From Verrucomicrobiota bacterium (GTDB taxonomy: Bacteria; Verrucomicrobiota; Verrucomicrobiia; Verrucomicrobiales; DEV007), in NCBI GenBank assembly GCA_045046875.1, contig JASFYY010000087.1, positions 1 to 52,393 of the forward strand: a DNA stretch of 52,393 nucleotides. Reading direction: 5' to 3'. Both the position numbers and the translations under genes were made by a program. Within the stretch, counting starts at the first letter, position 1. The number at the start of each line of letters is the position of its first letter. The notes beneath the pieces were generated by a model. That model was not told the origin of the DNA. It worked only from the letters and a program-made list of their open reading frames with translations, and did not search any database. Shown in pieces: positions 1 through 9,692 of this stretch.

Positions 1-94
1 GTCGCGAGCGCGGTATCATCCATCCGTCCTGCTCATCCCGTTTTACGCTTCTTAATGGAAGTTGGCGCAATATGAAGGTTTGGCTTTTCCTATA

Positions 95-2629
95 TTACTT
101 TTTCGCGGGAGCTTTGGCGGCGGCTTTGATTTCGACGGTCAGCGGGGAGGAATAAATGGCAAATTTCACATCTTTGGCTTTGGCCTTGGTGGCAGCTGCT
201 TTGGCGCTTGCGATGGCTTTGTTTTTTTCTTTGTTAGCAGCGATACTTTTTGCATTTGCAGCGGCGGATTTTTGACTAGCATTGTGCAAAGCTGCTTTGG
301 CGGCAGTGAGTTGTTTGTTGAGTTCTGCTTTAGCTGCTGCGCTGGCGCTGGCGGTATTTTTTCTGGCTGCATCAAAGGTTTTCTGTGCCTGGACTTTAAC
401 CGCTGCTGCTTTTTTGTCAGCAGCGGTTAAATCAAGCGCCAGTTTTTCGAGGCGTTTTTTGTAATCTTCTGCTTGTTTGGCTGCAGCGGGATTGTTTTCA
501 TATTTACTGAGTCCCGTTGCTTTTAAAAAAAACTGATAGGTGCCGGGTATTGGTTTGAAGTTGCCGTTGGAGGCAAAGTCGAGGGTTATTTTACCCTCCT
601 CCTTTTTTTCGGCCACTATCGTGGTGGGTGGTTTTTTCATTCCAGGCAAGCCAATCGGTTGAATGGTCAGATTACCTTTGCGGTTTCCGGGATCACTGAC
701 TTTAAATGGCAGTTCGAGTTTTTTACCGATTTCCACAATCCATTTTTTGTTATCGGTCAGCGCGAGGGCGGCGGGTGCTTTTTCCTTGTTTGATACCGCG
801 AGGGGGATGCGGGTGCTTAGCCGGGAGCGCAGACGATCTTTGTTGTAGTCCGCTGTGCCCCAGACCACACCAACGGTTCTGGCTTGGTGGGTGACAAGTT
901 GTTTGTTGATGGTGGCTTGCCCGCTGAGGCGAATATGGCCAGCCCAATCGGCGGCGTCCGCAGCTGCGGTGAGGATAAGAAAGCCGCTGCTGTTTTTTCC
1001 AGAAATGACAGCGGGTGTCGCGCTGACTCCTTTGGGCAGCCCACTTGCGGTGACGGTGATGTCTCCATCAAAACCATCGCGGCGGGGGGTGAGGATACGA
1101 TAGGCGTAAGTGCCTGCCTGGCGGAGTAAGGCAGCGGCAGGGTAGGCTTGGCGAGCTTCCAGATAGTCGCGTTCGGATACGGCGAGCACTTGAAAGTCAG
1201 GTTGGGCGGGGCGGATAGCTAGCCGGTAGAGGCGGGAGATGTCGCCGTTTTTATACTGGTTAACAATGCTGACTTGATAATCACCATCCTGGTCGGCGGT
1301 GAAGAACAAAGCACTGTCTCTGGTGGTCAGGTTGAGGGTGTCATTGGGCAGAGCGGGAGGATCGTCTTTGTCGGCGATTTTGACATAACTCTCATCGCCT
1401 TTGGCTGTTTTGGTTATTTTTTCTACGACGAGGTAAGGATCGGTGCCTGCTTCCATCCGGCTGCTGATGGCCTCCAGCCAGTAGCTGCTGCCTTTTTTAG
1501 CGGTGAAGCGGTAGCTGTCTTGGTCAGTGATGGTTTCAAAACGCCCGGCGATTTCAACCGGAGGTATTATTTTTTGCACTTTGTTTTTCTGATCTTCTTG
1601 GATCACCGGAGATCCGGAAAATCCGATGCGGATGGCATTGGAGTTTTTGAAGCGATATTCGAAGCCTGGCAATAAACCTGCGAGGGCCTTGCCGGGATGA
1701 AAAACAGCAGCAGATTTTTCTGTTTTGGCTGGAATTTGAATTTCCACTTTAAGGCTTTCGAGCGGCATTCCGTTGAGGCTCTGGTTAGCATCCAGACTGC
1801 CTCCGGGTAGGTTGCGCCCATAAAGGGTGTAGCTGCCCTTACTGCCGGGGGCACCGGCGGGAGGATAGATGAAATCAATGTGGGGGCGGGCAGAGACGGT
1901 GATTTGATAGTGGTATTGCCCTCCTCCTCGATAGAGCGCATCAGACACAGTGAGGTAATAGTCGCCATCGGTTTTGGCGGTGAAATCAATCATCGAATCA
2001 CGTCCAAAGTGGTTTTGGTTTCGAGCAACTTGATGGCCGTTTTCATCATACAAAACGAGCAAGCTGTCGAGGCGTGAATCCAGCCGTTCGGCCAGGCAAT
2101 GAATCAGTAGGCGTTGGCCTTTCTTGGCAGTGAACTTATAGAAATCAACCTGTTCAGGATCACTGTGTCCAGAGATGTTTTGTTCAAGCTCAATCGGCGT
2201 GGCTTTTTCCTTGGATGAATGAATGCCGGATTCGCTTAGTATTTTGGTTTTGGCAGGCAAAACGACAAAAGGGCGGGCGTTGGATAGACCGAAATAGCCT
2301 ACGCTGCGAACTTCATAGATGCCGGCTTGCATATCCGCTGGCAGTGTGACTTTGAATTTATTGCCGTTAGGTCGCGCAGTGGGGTGGAAGTTATCGGCGG
2401 GAAGCATGACGGCTGCAGCCCGGATGCGGGGATCAGAAAAGTGTAGGCCTGTCAGCTTGTCGAGATGGGTGCCAGCCAGATCCACTTCAATGGTGCTGCC
2501 GGCGGCGGCAGCGGCGGGGAAGATGGTGTGCAATTCTGCGGAGGGCAGTTGCGCATTTGTCTGTTGTATGCTGGCTGCGGCCAACAGTAAAATCAGTAGG
2601 CTCGTGAATCGAAGGGTGGGGGGAATCAT
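95..2629 (-). CDS. Secreted PPC (pre-peptidase C-terminal)-domain repeat protein, PVC type, with an Ala/Lys-rich C-terminal coiled coil
   Basis: 844 aa; signal peptide; two DxYxFxAKKG PPC-like modules (VDFYKFTAKKGQRL, QDSYRFTAKKGSSY); no protease catalytic motif seen; usual neighbour of DUF1549/DUF1501. Confidence 0.8.
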   Translation of the reverse strand: MIPPTLRFTSLLILLLAAASIQQTNAQLPSAELHTIFPAAAAAGSTIEVDLAGTHLDKLTGLHFSDPRIRAAAVMLPADNFHPTARPNGNKFKVTLPADMQAGIYEVRSVGYFGLSNARPFVVLPAKTKILSESGIHSSKEKATPIELEQNISGHSDPEQVDFYKFTAKKGQRLLIHCLAERLDSRLDSLLVLYDENGHQVARNQNHFGRDSMIDFTAKTDGDYYLTVSDALYRGGGQYHYQITVSARPHIDFIYPPAGAPGSKGSYTLYGRNLPGGSLDANQSLNGMPLESLKVEIQIPAKTEKSAAVFHPGKALAGLLPGFEYRFKNSNAIRIGFSGSPVIQEDQKNKVQKIIPPVEIAGRFETITDQDSYRFTAKKGSSYWLEAISSRMEAGTDPYLVVEKITKTAKGDESYVKIADKDDPPALPNDTLNLTTRDSALFFTADQDGDYQVSIVNQYKNGDISRLYRLAIRPAQPDFQVLAVSERDYLEARQAYPAAALLRQAGTYAYRILTPRRDGFDGDITVTASGLPKGVSATPAVISGKNSSGFLILTAAADAADWAGHIRLSGQATINKQLVTHQARTVGVVWGTADYNKDRLRSRLSTRIPLAVSNKEKAPAALALTDNKKWIVEIGKKLELPFKVSDPGNRKGNLTIQPIGLPGMKKPPTTIVAEKKEEGKITLDFASNGNFKPIPGTYQFFLKATGLSKYENNPAAAKQAEDYKKRLEKLALDLTAADKKAAAVKVQAQKTFDAARKNTASASAAAKAELNKQLTAAKAALHNASQKSAAANAKSIAANKEKNKAIASAKAAATKAKAKDVKFAIYSSPLTVEIKAAAKAPAKK

Positions 2630-2666
2630 TTTCAGCGGGTGAGGGGATTTAGAGCAAAAGGGGGGA

Positions 2667-5198
2667 TCAATGGTTGAATAGAAACTCTTTGGTATTGATC
2701 AATGCCCACAGGATGTCTTCAAATGATTCCTGCTCGGCTTTTTCCGCAGGTAGTTTTTTGGGGTCTGCTGCTGACTGTTGGCGTTTTTTCACCAAGTGGT
2801 TTTTGGCGGCGTTCAGTTCCTCTGTCTTGGGGGAGCGTGCCAGGGCGTAGAGATAGATTTCGGTGATGCGGTCATCGTCGCTGCGGTTTTTGGCTTTTGC
2901 CAGACTCGATGCCCGGCCCGAGGCGGCGGCTAGTTTTTTCTGCAGCGTCTGACCGTTGATCAGGTGCAGACTCTGGGCGAGGTTGGCATCCTGGGTGCGT
3001 TCACATTCGCAGGCACTGTCCATTTCGGGGCGACCGAATACGGTTAGGAAGTAAGACTGACTATTAAATTTATCATCAGGCAGGGCAATCGCCCGCACTC
3101 CTTTGATTTGCCCTTTGAAGGAGTTGGCGGTGGCGGCGACGTCATTGATGGAGTCGAGCAGGACTTCGGCTTGCAGTCGTTTGGGGTAATAGCGGGAATA
3201 GTTCTGGGTGTCGGTGGCGTTGTGTTCGTTGGGAGCTGCGCTCAGCTGATAAGTGTGGCTGTTGCAAATGGTGCGGATCAATTGTTTCATGTCATAATCA
3301 CTATCAGTGAAACTCTGGGTCAATTGCTCCAGCAATTTGGGGTGGGTTGCCGGGTTGGTGACCCGAATGTCGTCTTCGGGTTCGACCAAGCCGCGGGAGA
3401 AAAAATGTTTCCAATAGCGGTTAACCAACATTTTGGAAAAGAAGGGGTTCTTTTTATCTGTCAACCAACGGCTCAGCTCAATACGCGGGTCCTCACCGGG
3501 AGAGAGTTCAAGGGTTTCTCCATCGAGAGGGGTGGGTTTGAGGCTTTGTTTGGTATTGGGATTGGTGCTGGCCGCGTTGGCTCTACGGTCATAGATGATT
3601 TCCTCGCCGGGCTGCTCACCTTTTTTCCGAGCAAGGGTGGAGAAAAAAGCAGAGAAGCTGTAATAATCGTCCTGGCTCCATTTTTCGTAAGGGTGGTGAT
3701 GGCACTGGGCGCACTGGATACGAATACCTAGTAACATTTGCGCCACATCCTGCATTTGGCTTTTTTGATCCTTAACCGCACGGTACCACGCCACCGGAGG
3801 ATTCTGTCCGATTTCACCCGAGGCGGTGATGATTTGCGATATAAACTGGTCGTAGGGTTTGTTCTGCATCAGGCTGTCGCGGATCCAGGAGTGGAAAAGG
3901 TAGGTTCCTCGGGTGTGTCCGGGGGTACTGCGTTTGTTTCGCAGAATGGCAGCCCATTTGCCGGCGAAGTGATCAGCGTAGTCGGGGCTGTCGAGCAAGT
4001 CATTGATTTTGGATGCTCTCTTTTTTGGAGCCTTGGAAGAGATGAAAGCTTTGGCTTCGTCAAGGGTTGGTAGTCTGCCTGCTATGTCCACCGTCACTCG
4101 ACGTAAAAAGGTGGCGTCGTCACTTTGCGGAGAAGGTGGCATGCCAAGTAATTCCAGTTGAGTGAATATTTGTTCATCAATAAAGTTAACAGGATTGGGC
4201 AGCTGGGGCATTTTGGCTCCCAGAGGGATGGTGGCGCTGAAAATATCCACGTATTCCTGGAAGCGAACCATGATCGAGGTGGTGCCGGATTGTTTTTCGA
4301 ATTTGATCAAACCATGCTCATCAACTTCGGACATCTCGGGTTGGTTGGATTCGTAAAGGGCCAGATGAGTGATGTCGCGATTGGAACCGTCACTGAAAAA
4401 GGCGGTTACGGAAAGCTGTTGCCTGGAACCAGGGTTGACGAGTTTTGCATGCGGTAGCACTTCAATGCGTTCGACCACTGGGTCGTTGTCCGGGGCGTAG
4501 TCCATGCCGTCTTTGATCCAACGAACGATCAACTGATACTCGTCCGAGTTTTTATCCATCCGCGCACCGCCGCCGTGCGGAGTATCTCCGCAGGCTTTCA
4601 TCAATAGCAGGCTGTATTCTGGAGCGGCGGGGAAAAGTCTTCGCCCACGGCTTTCACTGACCAGAAATTCGTAGTCTTTTTCCGGCTCGTATCCTAACAG
4701 TGATAATCGAAAGTTGTTCTGGCCTCCGGATTTGCCATGGCAACCACCGGTATTACAATCATTGCGAGTGAGAATGGGAACCACGTCATTGGGAAAACTG
4801 ATGGCTAGTGGAGTGGTGAACTTTTCGACTGTGATGATAGTATCAGCAGAGCTTAAATCATTAAAGTGTGCGCTGAGAGTTGCGGTGCCGTTTTTGAGCG
4901 GTTTGATATATCCCGAGGCATCGATGGAAATGATACCTGCAGGGATAATTTCGATTTTAGCTTTGCTGGTGACGTCACGAGAAGGAACGAGCGCGGCTCC
5001 GGGTGATTTGGGCACATCGAGGGAGACGACGATTTGCTGATGGGCATCAGGGCCGGTCAGGTGAATGTCGTTTGTGCCAGCTCGAGCGAGAATGCTCAGT
5101 TTTGCGGGGAGGGCAACAGCGGGAGCTGTTGCTGCTGCCTGGGTATTGGCCAGTAGTAGTAGCGGCAGGACTAGGCAGAGTTTTATTATTTTAGACAT
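2667..5198 (-). CDS. DUF1549/DUF1553 (PSCyt2/PSD1) protein with Ig-like domains
   Basis: Signal peptide; SFPNDVVPILTRNDCNTGGCHG, FLRRVTVDIAGRLPT, GIRIQCAQCHHHPYEKW, VNRYWKHFFSRGLVEP, FGRP..SACECER, EDILWALINTKEFLFNH. Confidence 0.9.
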   Translation of the reverse strand: MSKIIKLCLVLPLLLLANTQAAATAPAVALPAKLSILARAGTNDIHLTGPDAHQQIVVSLDVPKSPGAALVPSRDVTSKAKIEIIPAGIISIDASGYIKPLKNGTATLSAHFNDLSSADTIITVEKFTTPLAISFPNDVVPILTRNDCNTGGCHGKSGGQNNFRLSLLGYEPEKDYEFLVSESRGRRLFPAAPEYSLLLMKACGDTPHGGGARMDKNSDEYQLIVRWIKDGMDYAPDNDPVVERIEVLPHAKLVNPGSRQQLSVTAFFSDGSNRDITHLALYESNQPEMSEVDEHGLIKFEKQSGTTSIMVRFQEYVDIFSATIPLGAKMPQLPNPVNFIDEQIFTQLELLGMPPSPQSDDATFLRRVTVDIAGRLPTLDEAKAFISSKAPKKRASKINDLLDSPDYADHFAGKWAAILRNKRSTPGHTRGTYLFHSWIRDSLMQNKPYDQFISQIITASGEIGQNPPVAWYRAVKDQKSQMQDVAQMLLGIRIQCAQCHHHPYEKWSQDDYYSFSAFFSTLARKKGEQPGEEIIYDRRANAASTNPNTKQSLKPTPLDGETLELSPGEDPRIELSRWLTDKKNPFFSKMLVNRYWKHFFSRGLVEPEDDIRVTNPATHPKLLEQLTQSFTDSDYDMKQLIRTICNSHTYQLSAAPNEHNATDTQNYSRYYPKRLQAEVLLDSINDVAATANSFKGQIKGVRAIALPDDKFNSQSYFLTVFGRPEMDSACECERTQDANLAQSLHLINGQTLQKKLAAASGRASSLAKAKNRSDDDRITEIYLYALARSPKTEELNAAKNHLVKKRQQSAADPKKLPAEKAEQESFEDILWALINTKEFLFNH

Positions 5199-5209
5199 GG
5201 GGATTGGGC

Positions 5210-6565
5210 TTAGGAAATGAGTTCGGGAAGGGGGGGGTATTGGTCTTCGACGAGATAGCGGGGACGGCCGCCGAGGTCGTCTACGGTGGCGCGGCGCGCA
5301 TCGATACCTACACCGTGATAGAGGGTGGAAAAAACTTCCTGGAAATGAACCGGGCGTTCACTGGCTTCGCCGCCGAGGCGGTCGGTGGCACCGATGACCT
5401 GGCCGTGATTCATTCCGCCGCCGGCCAGTAATGCGCAGGAGACCCGGGGCCAGTGGTCACGTCCGGCGGTTTTATTGATTTTCGGGCTGCGGCCGAATTC
5501 ACCCCAGACGACAACTGAGACGTCCTTGTCGAGCCCCCGGTCGCGTAGATCCTGAACCAAAGTGCTGACGCCTTGATCCAATAGTGGAAAATCTTCCCGG
5601 GCGCGTTTGAAGTTGCCTCCATGCCAATCCCAGCGACTGAAGCCGAGAGTCACACAGCGCGCGCCGGCCTCGACCAGACGTCGTGCCATGAGAAATTGAT
5701 CGAGTCGTTTCCAACAACCGTCGGCGGTGAGCTTTTCGGTTCCCTTGCCGTAATTTTCGATAGTTTTTGAGTCTTCCTGGCTGATATCCAGAGCGGTGGC
5801 CAGTTTACTGGAGGTCAGCACGCCGAAGGCCTGTTCGTGAAAGGAGTCCATCCCTTTCATCATGCCTGAATTGTCCATATCACGACGGAAATGGTCGAAG
5901 CTTGCCAGTAGGTTTTTGCGATCGGAGAGGCGATCGAGAGTGATGCCCTGCAATACCACGTCTTCCTTGCCACCGCCTCGATAGGGGGTGAAGGGGGAAT
6001 GTGAGGGGCCTAAAAAACCGGCAGTGCCCGGGTCGCCCCATTCGTCATGGCCACATTTGGGTGACAGGCCGACAAAAGGCGGGCAAGAGCTGTTGACGGA
6101 GCCTTCCATTTTGGAGAGCACCGCACCCATGCTTGGCCAGCCGCTGGGGGGGGCGTTGCGCGGACTGCGCCCGGTGAGGCATTGGAAGGCATCGTGACCG
6201 CCGAAGGATCCGACCATCGAACGGATGAATGTGAACTGGTCGGCCATGGCTGCAATTTTGGGGAACAGTTCACCGATTTGGATGCCTGGTACATTGGTTT
6301 TGATCGCACGGAACTCGCCGCGCACTTCCGAAGGTGCGTCGGTTTTGATGTCCCACATGTCTTGATGGGACGGCCCACCGGGCAGGAAAATCATGATCAC
6401 CGCCTTGTGGCTGTTATTTTTAGCGGGGTGGTTTTTTTGCGATTCTGCACGCAAAAGGTCAGGTAAAGCCAGTCCGCCAAGGCCTAAGCCGCCAATGCGC
6501 AGGAAGTTTCGACGTGAAACCCCATCACAGAACTTTCCTGAATCAGAACTGAGAATCGACAGCAT
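5210..6565 (-). CDS. DUF1501 family protein with twin-arginine signal
   Basis: SRRNFL Tat motif; [48 protein letters not shown]. Confidence 0.92.
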   Translation of the reverse strand: MLSILSSDSGKFCDGVSRRNFLRIGGLGLGGLALPDLLRAESQKNHPAKNNSHKAVIMIFLPGGPSHQDMWDIKTDAPSEVRGEFRAIKTNVPGIQIGELFPKIAAMADQFTFIRSMVGSFGGHDAFQCLTGRSPRNAPPSGWPSMGAVLSKMEGSVNSSCPPFVGLSPKCGHDEWGDPGTAGFLGPSHSPFTPYRGGGKEDVVLQGITLDRLSDRKNLLASFDHFRRDMDNSGMMKGMDSFHEQAFGVLTSSKLATALDISQEDSKTIENYGKGTEKLTADGCWKRLDQFLMARRLVEAGARCVTLGFSRWDWHGGNFKRAREDFPLLDQGVSTLVQDLRDRGLDKDVSVVVWGEFGRSPKINKTAGRDHWPRVSCALLAGGGMNHGQVIGATDRLGGEASERPVHFQEVFSTLYHGVGIDARRATVDDLGGRPRYLVEDQYPPLPELIS

Positions 6566-6766
6566 TAGGGATTAGAAGGCCTAATGCTGATTAAGTTCAA
6601 ACAAAATTAAGTAATTCCAAGCAGTGGCAGGGATCAGTGGGAGATAGTGATTACAATAAGGGGGGCGCGACGCGTTTTTTTGATCGTTTCGATAGGCGGA
6701 TCTTTATATCCGGGCACAAAAACGCTTCGTGAAATGAACAAATCCCCAACGGATTGAAGGGGGGGC

Positions 6767-6788
6767 AAAAAATCAGGCTTAAGCCCGA
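6767..6788 (-). terminator. Probable intrinsic terminator of the small basic protein gene
   Basis: Minus strand TCGGGC-TTAA-GCCTGA then T6, 3 nt after the stop codon. Confidence 0.5.
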
Positions 6789-6791
6789 GGT

Positions 6792-6998
6792 TTAAGCGCT
6801 GGCAAGCTCAGCGGCGACTTTGGCCGGACGTTTGAGTTTGTCGAGCACTTCGCGGGTATTGAGGCGGTTGACGGCAGCTTCATCCATGCCCAGAGCGACC
6901 AAACGTCTGCGTTGTTCGAGACGACGGCGAGTCTTGGCTGCACCACTTTTACGAGGGCGGGTCAAATGCGTTTTCAGGTATTTTCTACGGGTGCGCAT
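6792..6998 (-). CDS. Small Arg/Lys-rich hypothetical protein (68 aa)
   Basis: ATG start, AT-rich upstream region, own terminator, helical basic sequence. Confidence 0.7.
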   Translation of the reverse strand: MRTRRKYLKTHLTRPRKSGAAKTRRRLEQRRRLVALGMDEAAVNRLNTREVLDKLKRPAKVAAELASA

Positions 6999-7206
6999 GA
7001 TTCTTTAAAGGTTGGAAAATATAATGATGGTGAAGTGATAATTTCATCATAGGATGTTTTTTCCGCGCCTCGAGGAGGTCGATGAATCTCTAGATGAAAA
7101 AGCCGTCCACAAATAGGCTGATATAAGTCGTAGGTCAACTGCTTTTGTCAGTAAGTAGGCTTGAATCATAAAATATGAAAAAAATGCAGTAAAACAGGGA
7201 CACGGC

Positions 7207-7234
7207 TTGCCAGCGGGAAAGGCTCCGCTATATT
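7207..7234 (+). promoter_or_regulatory. Sigma70-type promoter of the tRNA gene
   Basis: TTGCCA-16 nt-TATATT followed by a GC-rich discriminator (CGCCGCC), 50 nt before the tRNA. Confidence 0.6.
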
Positions 7235-7284
7235 CGCCGCCGAGACGCTCGTCGCCTGACCATGGTTGGGTTGATGAGCTTTTC

Positions 7285-7357
<73 letters not shown>

Positions 7358-7510
7358 CTTGATTATAAATGAGTTACGGAGATTTTTTGGGTTTGCAACG
7401 AATGATAGGGGGCAATAAAGGGGCAATTTGTGAGCCGGTAACCAGATTCGTTTCGACCATGGTCGATCAATCGCCCGGTTAATTGCCCGGACCATCACAT
7501 CCGGCTAATC

Positions 7511-7906
7511 TTAAGTTGATTCCGGTTGTTCCATCAGTTCGACCCATAGGCCAATTTTTTTGATAAGCTCCGTCGGGTCTTTTGCCGACACCAGGAAGAC
7601 CTTGCCTTCGCGCACCTCGAAGATGGCATCCTGCCGAAACTTTCGGGCAAGGCGGAGGGCTTCCTCGCGAGTACAGACAATTCCGTAACCAGGTTCGGCG
7701 TGTGAAAAATCGGAGTTCCCCCCAGTGACATGAAAGTTTTTGAAATTGAGTGACTCAAGCTCGGCGCGAAGTTGTTCATTGGCCATCTGGTTCGCTATGT
7801 CGTCAACGGTATTCCCTTCCGGATTGTGGGCAGTGACAACAAAAAAAGCAGCAGGTAATTCCTTTTGCTCACAGTGAAAGCGGACTTGTTGGTATTCGTC
7901 TTTCAT
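7511..7906 (-). CDS. DUF3293 family protein
   Basis: FFVVTAHNPEG..N..AN..L, G...FSHAEPG, A..LARKFRQDAIF; start moved to ATG 7906 (MKDEY). Confidence 0.8.
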   Translation of the reverse strand: MKDEYQQVRFHCEQKELPAAFFVVTAHNPEGNTVDDIANQMANEQLRAELESLNFKNFHVTGGNSDFSHAEPGYGIVCTREEALRLARKFRQDAIFEVREGKVFLVSAKDPTELIKKIGLWVELMEQPEST

Positions 7907-7910
7907 TTTG

Positions 7911-8105
7911 CTAAAACATCCAGTTTCTTTTTCCTGCCTTGGATAGTAGGTCGATATGTTTTTGGTAAGCCTCGCTAGCCGAAGGTTTTTTCCGCGCAGA
8001 CGCATATTTGGCGGATGAGGAGGAAGATTGATTGGGGGGACGAATGGACAAGATGATGAAGATCAAGGCGAGGAATACGAGGACAGGCATTATGGTTTTC
8101 ATCAT
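7911..8105 (-). CDS. Small membrane-anchored hypothetical protein
   Basis: 64 aa with an N-terminal hydrophobic helix; ends 4 nt before the DUF3293 start on the same strand. Confidence 0.45.
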   Translation of the reverse strand: MMKTIMPVLVFLALIFIILSIRPPNQSSSSSAKYASARKKPSASEAYQKHIDLLSKAGKRNWMF

Positions 8106-8576
8106 TTTTCAGGCTGTTGCTTTTCACACATTCTTACTAGCTATGTGGGAAATATCCCATTCGTAACCACAATGCCACCCCGTTCCGTGTCATATAAAAT
8201 TGATGATGAAGACAAGCCGTTATGTGGGGGTGATTTTCTCAATGTTCTTCGTTTTCAGGGGGGCGTCGATGAGGGATACATGGTTATCTGTCAGATGATG
8301 GAAAGAGTGGAAGGCAAAGCAGTGCGGACTTTTCAGTCCGCCGCAGGGGGAAGGAAATATGGCGGGTAGGAAAACCCGCGCTCCTGTGGTTGGTCTATTT
8401 TGTTCAATGTTAGGAATTGGATCAAATTTGAAAGGTGTCACCATCCTGCACTTATTGATCTGCATTTAAATCAACTTTGATTTTGCGAGTTACTTGTGAA
8501 GACTGAGGAGTGTTATATTAACAGAGTGGAGAAATTGATGCGAGGGGAGCTTAGGTTTGTTCGAGGTGCGTCCATG

Positions 8577-8601
8577 AACTGGTTTTAAAATAAAACCAGT
8601 T
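8577..8601. promoter_or_regulatory. Perfect 11-bp inverted repeat, operator-like
   Basis: AACTGGTTTTA-AAA-TAAAACCAGTT in the AT-rich spacer upstream of the HNH genes. Confidence 0.4.
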
Positions 8602-8946
8602 GGGGAATTTGGAGTTTATATCTTGATGAGAATAAATTTCAAAAACGGATTAAAATGCATCCCTTTAACTAATTATTCAGATTTCAGCTTAAATTGGAAA
8701 AACGAGCAGATAACGTTTGCTGAATTTGATAGTTTATAGTCAACGTGATGATTTAGTAAAGCTCATTTTGCCCAAAAGCTTCACCACCCATGCTTCAGAA
8801 TACCAGCTTCACCGCGCCTCTAAGGAAGTGTTCAAAAAACAGTGCGAAGAAGTGCAACAGCATTGGCAGGAGGTTCAGGAGAAGGATGAATTTCTCTGCG
8901 CCGCTTCCTTCTAAACAGCTCATATTAATTTAGAAACCTTCACGAC

Positions 8947-9669
8947 ATGAATCTCTGGACTCGAAACGAACTTCTACTCGCACTGAGCCTTTATCATCAA
9001 ACGGTATTTGGGAAGCAGCACAAGACCTACGCTCCGATTGTTGCGCTCGCTGACAAAATAGGCAGGACACCTTCGGCGGTAGCGATGAAACTTAGTAATT
9101 TCACTTCACTTGATCCTGTTGAAAAAGCTCGAGGAATTTCCGGTTTGCATGGAGCTAGCAAATTGGATCGAGAAATATGGGCTGAGTTTGAAGGAGCGTT
9201 CGAACAACTTGCCGAACAAACAGAGCTCTTGTTGTCACCCTCACTGAACACTCCGGAGGGCTCAACTGAAACAAGCGTTCTTGCAAAAAGGCGATTGCAT
9301 CAAAGCTTTTTTCGTCGCGTGGTTTTGGGTTCGTATGGATCTCACTGCTGTATCACAGGAAACCCTGTCCCAGCACTTCTTCGTGCCAGTCACATTATTC
9401 CATGGGCGCAGTCTGAAGGTCACCGGCTTATGCCGAGTAATGGGCTATGTCTTGCCGCGACTCATGATGCGGCTTTTGATCAGGGATTGATAACTATTGA
9501 TGGTGATTACCGGCTGGTTCTTGGTCGAGCTCTCAGAGACATTTTACCGCAGCAAGAAATAGAGCGAAGTTTCGCTGCGTTTGAGGGAGGTGTGATTCGG
9601 TTGCCGGAAAAAAATTTACCGTCATTAGCAGCGCTAGAATGGCATCGGGAACATATTTTTGAGAACTGA
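8947..9669 (+). CDS. HNH endonuclease (HNH_2, putative modification-dependent restriction enzyme)
   Basis: N-terminal WTRNELLLAL..Y...IGRTPSAVAMKLSNF domain; QSFFRRVVL..Y..CCITG..L.ASHIIPW..NGLCL...HDAAFDQGLI..LEWHRE. Confidence 0.88.
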   Translation: MNLWTRNELLLALSLYHQTVFGKQHKTYAPIVALADKIGRTPSAVAMKLSNFTSLDPVEKARGISGLHGASKLDREIWAEFEGAFEQLAEQTELLLSPSLNTPEGSTETSVLAKRRLHQSFFRRVVLGSYGSHCCITGNPVPALLRASHIIPWAQSEGHRLMPSNGLCLAATHDAAFDQGLITIDGDYRLVLGRALRDILPQQEIERSFAAFEGGVIRLPEKNLPSLAALEWHREHIFEN

Positions 9670-9692
9670 ATAGGAGAACCGCAGATCTATAC

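Noticed and set aside
2667..5198. Calling the DUF1549/1553 protein a cytochrome c
   Set aside because: One canonical CxxCH and one CxxxxCH are family motifs; heme attachment cannot be shown from sequence
8028..8914. Short ORFs 8028-8369, 8220-8465 and 8717-8914
   Set aside because: No recognisable motifs in an AT-rich region; cannot be supported, though eroded gene fragments are possible
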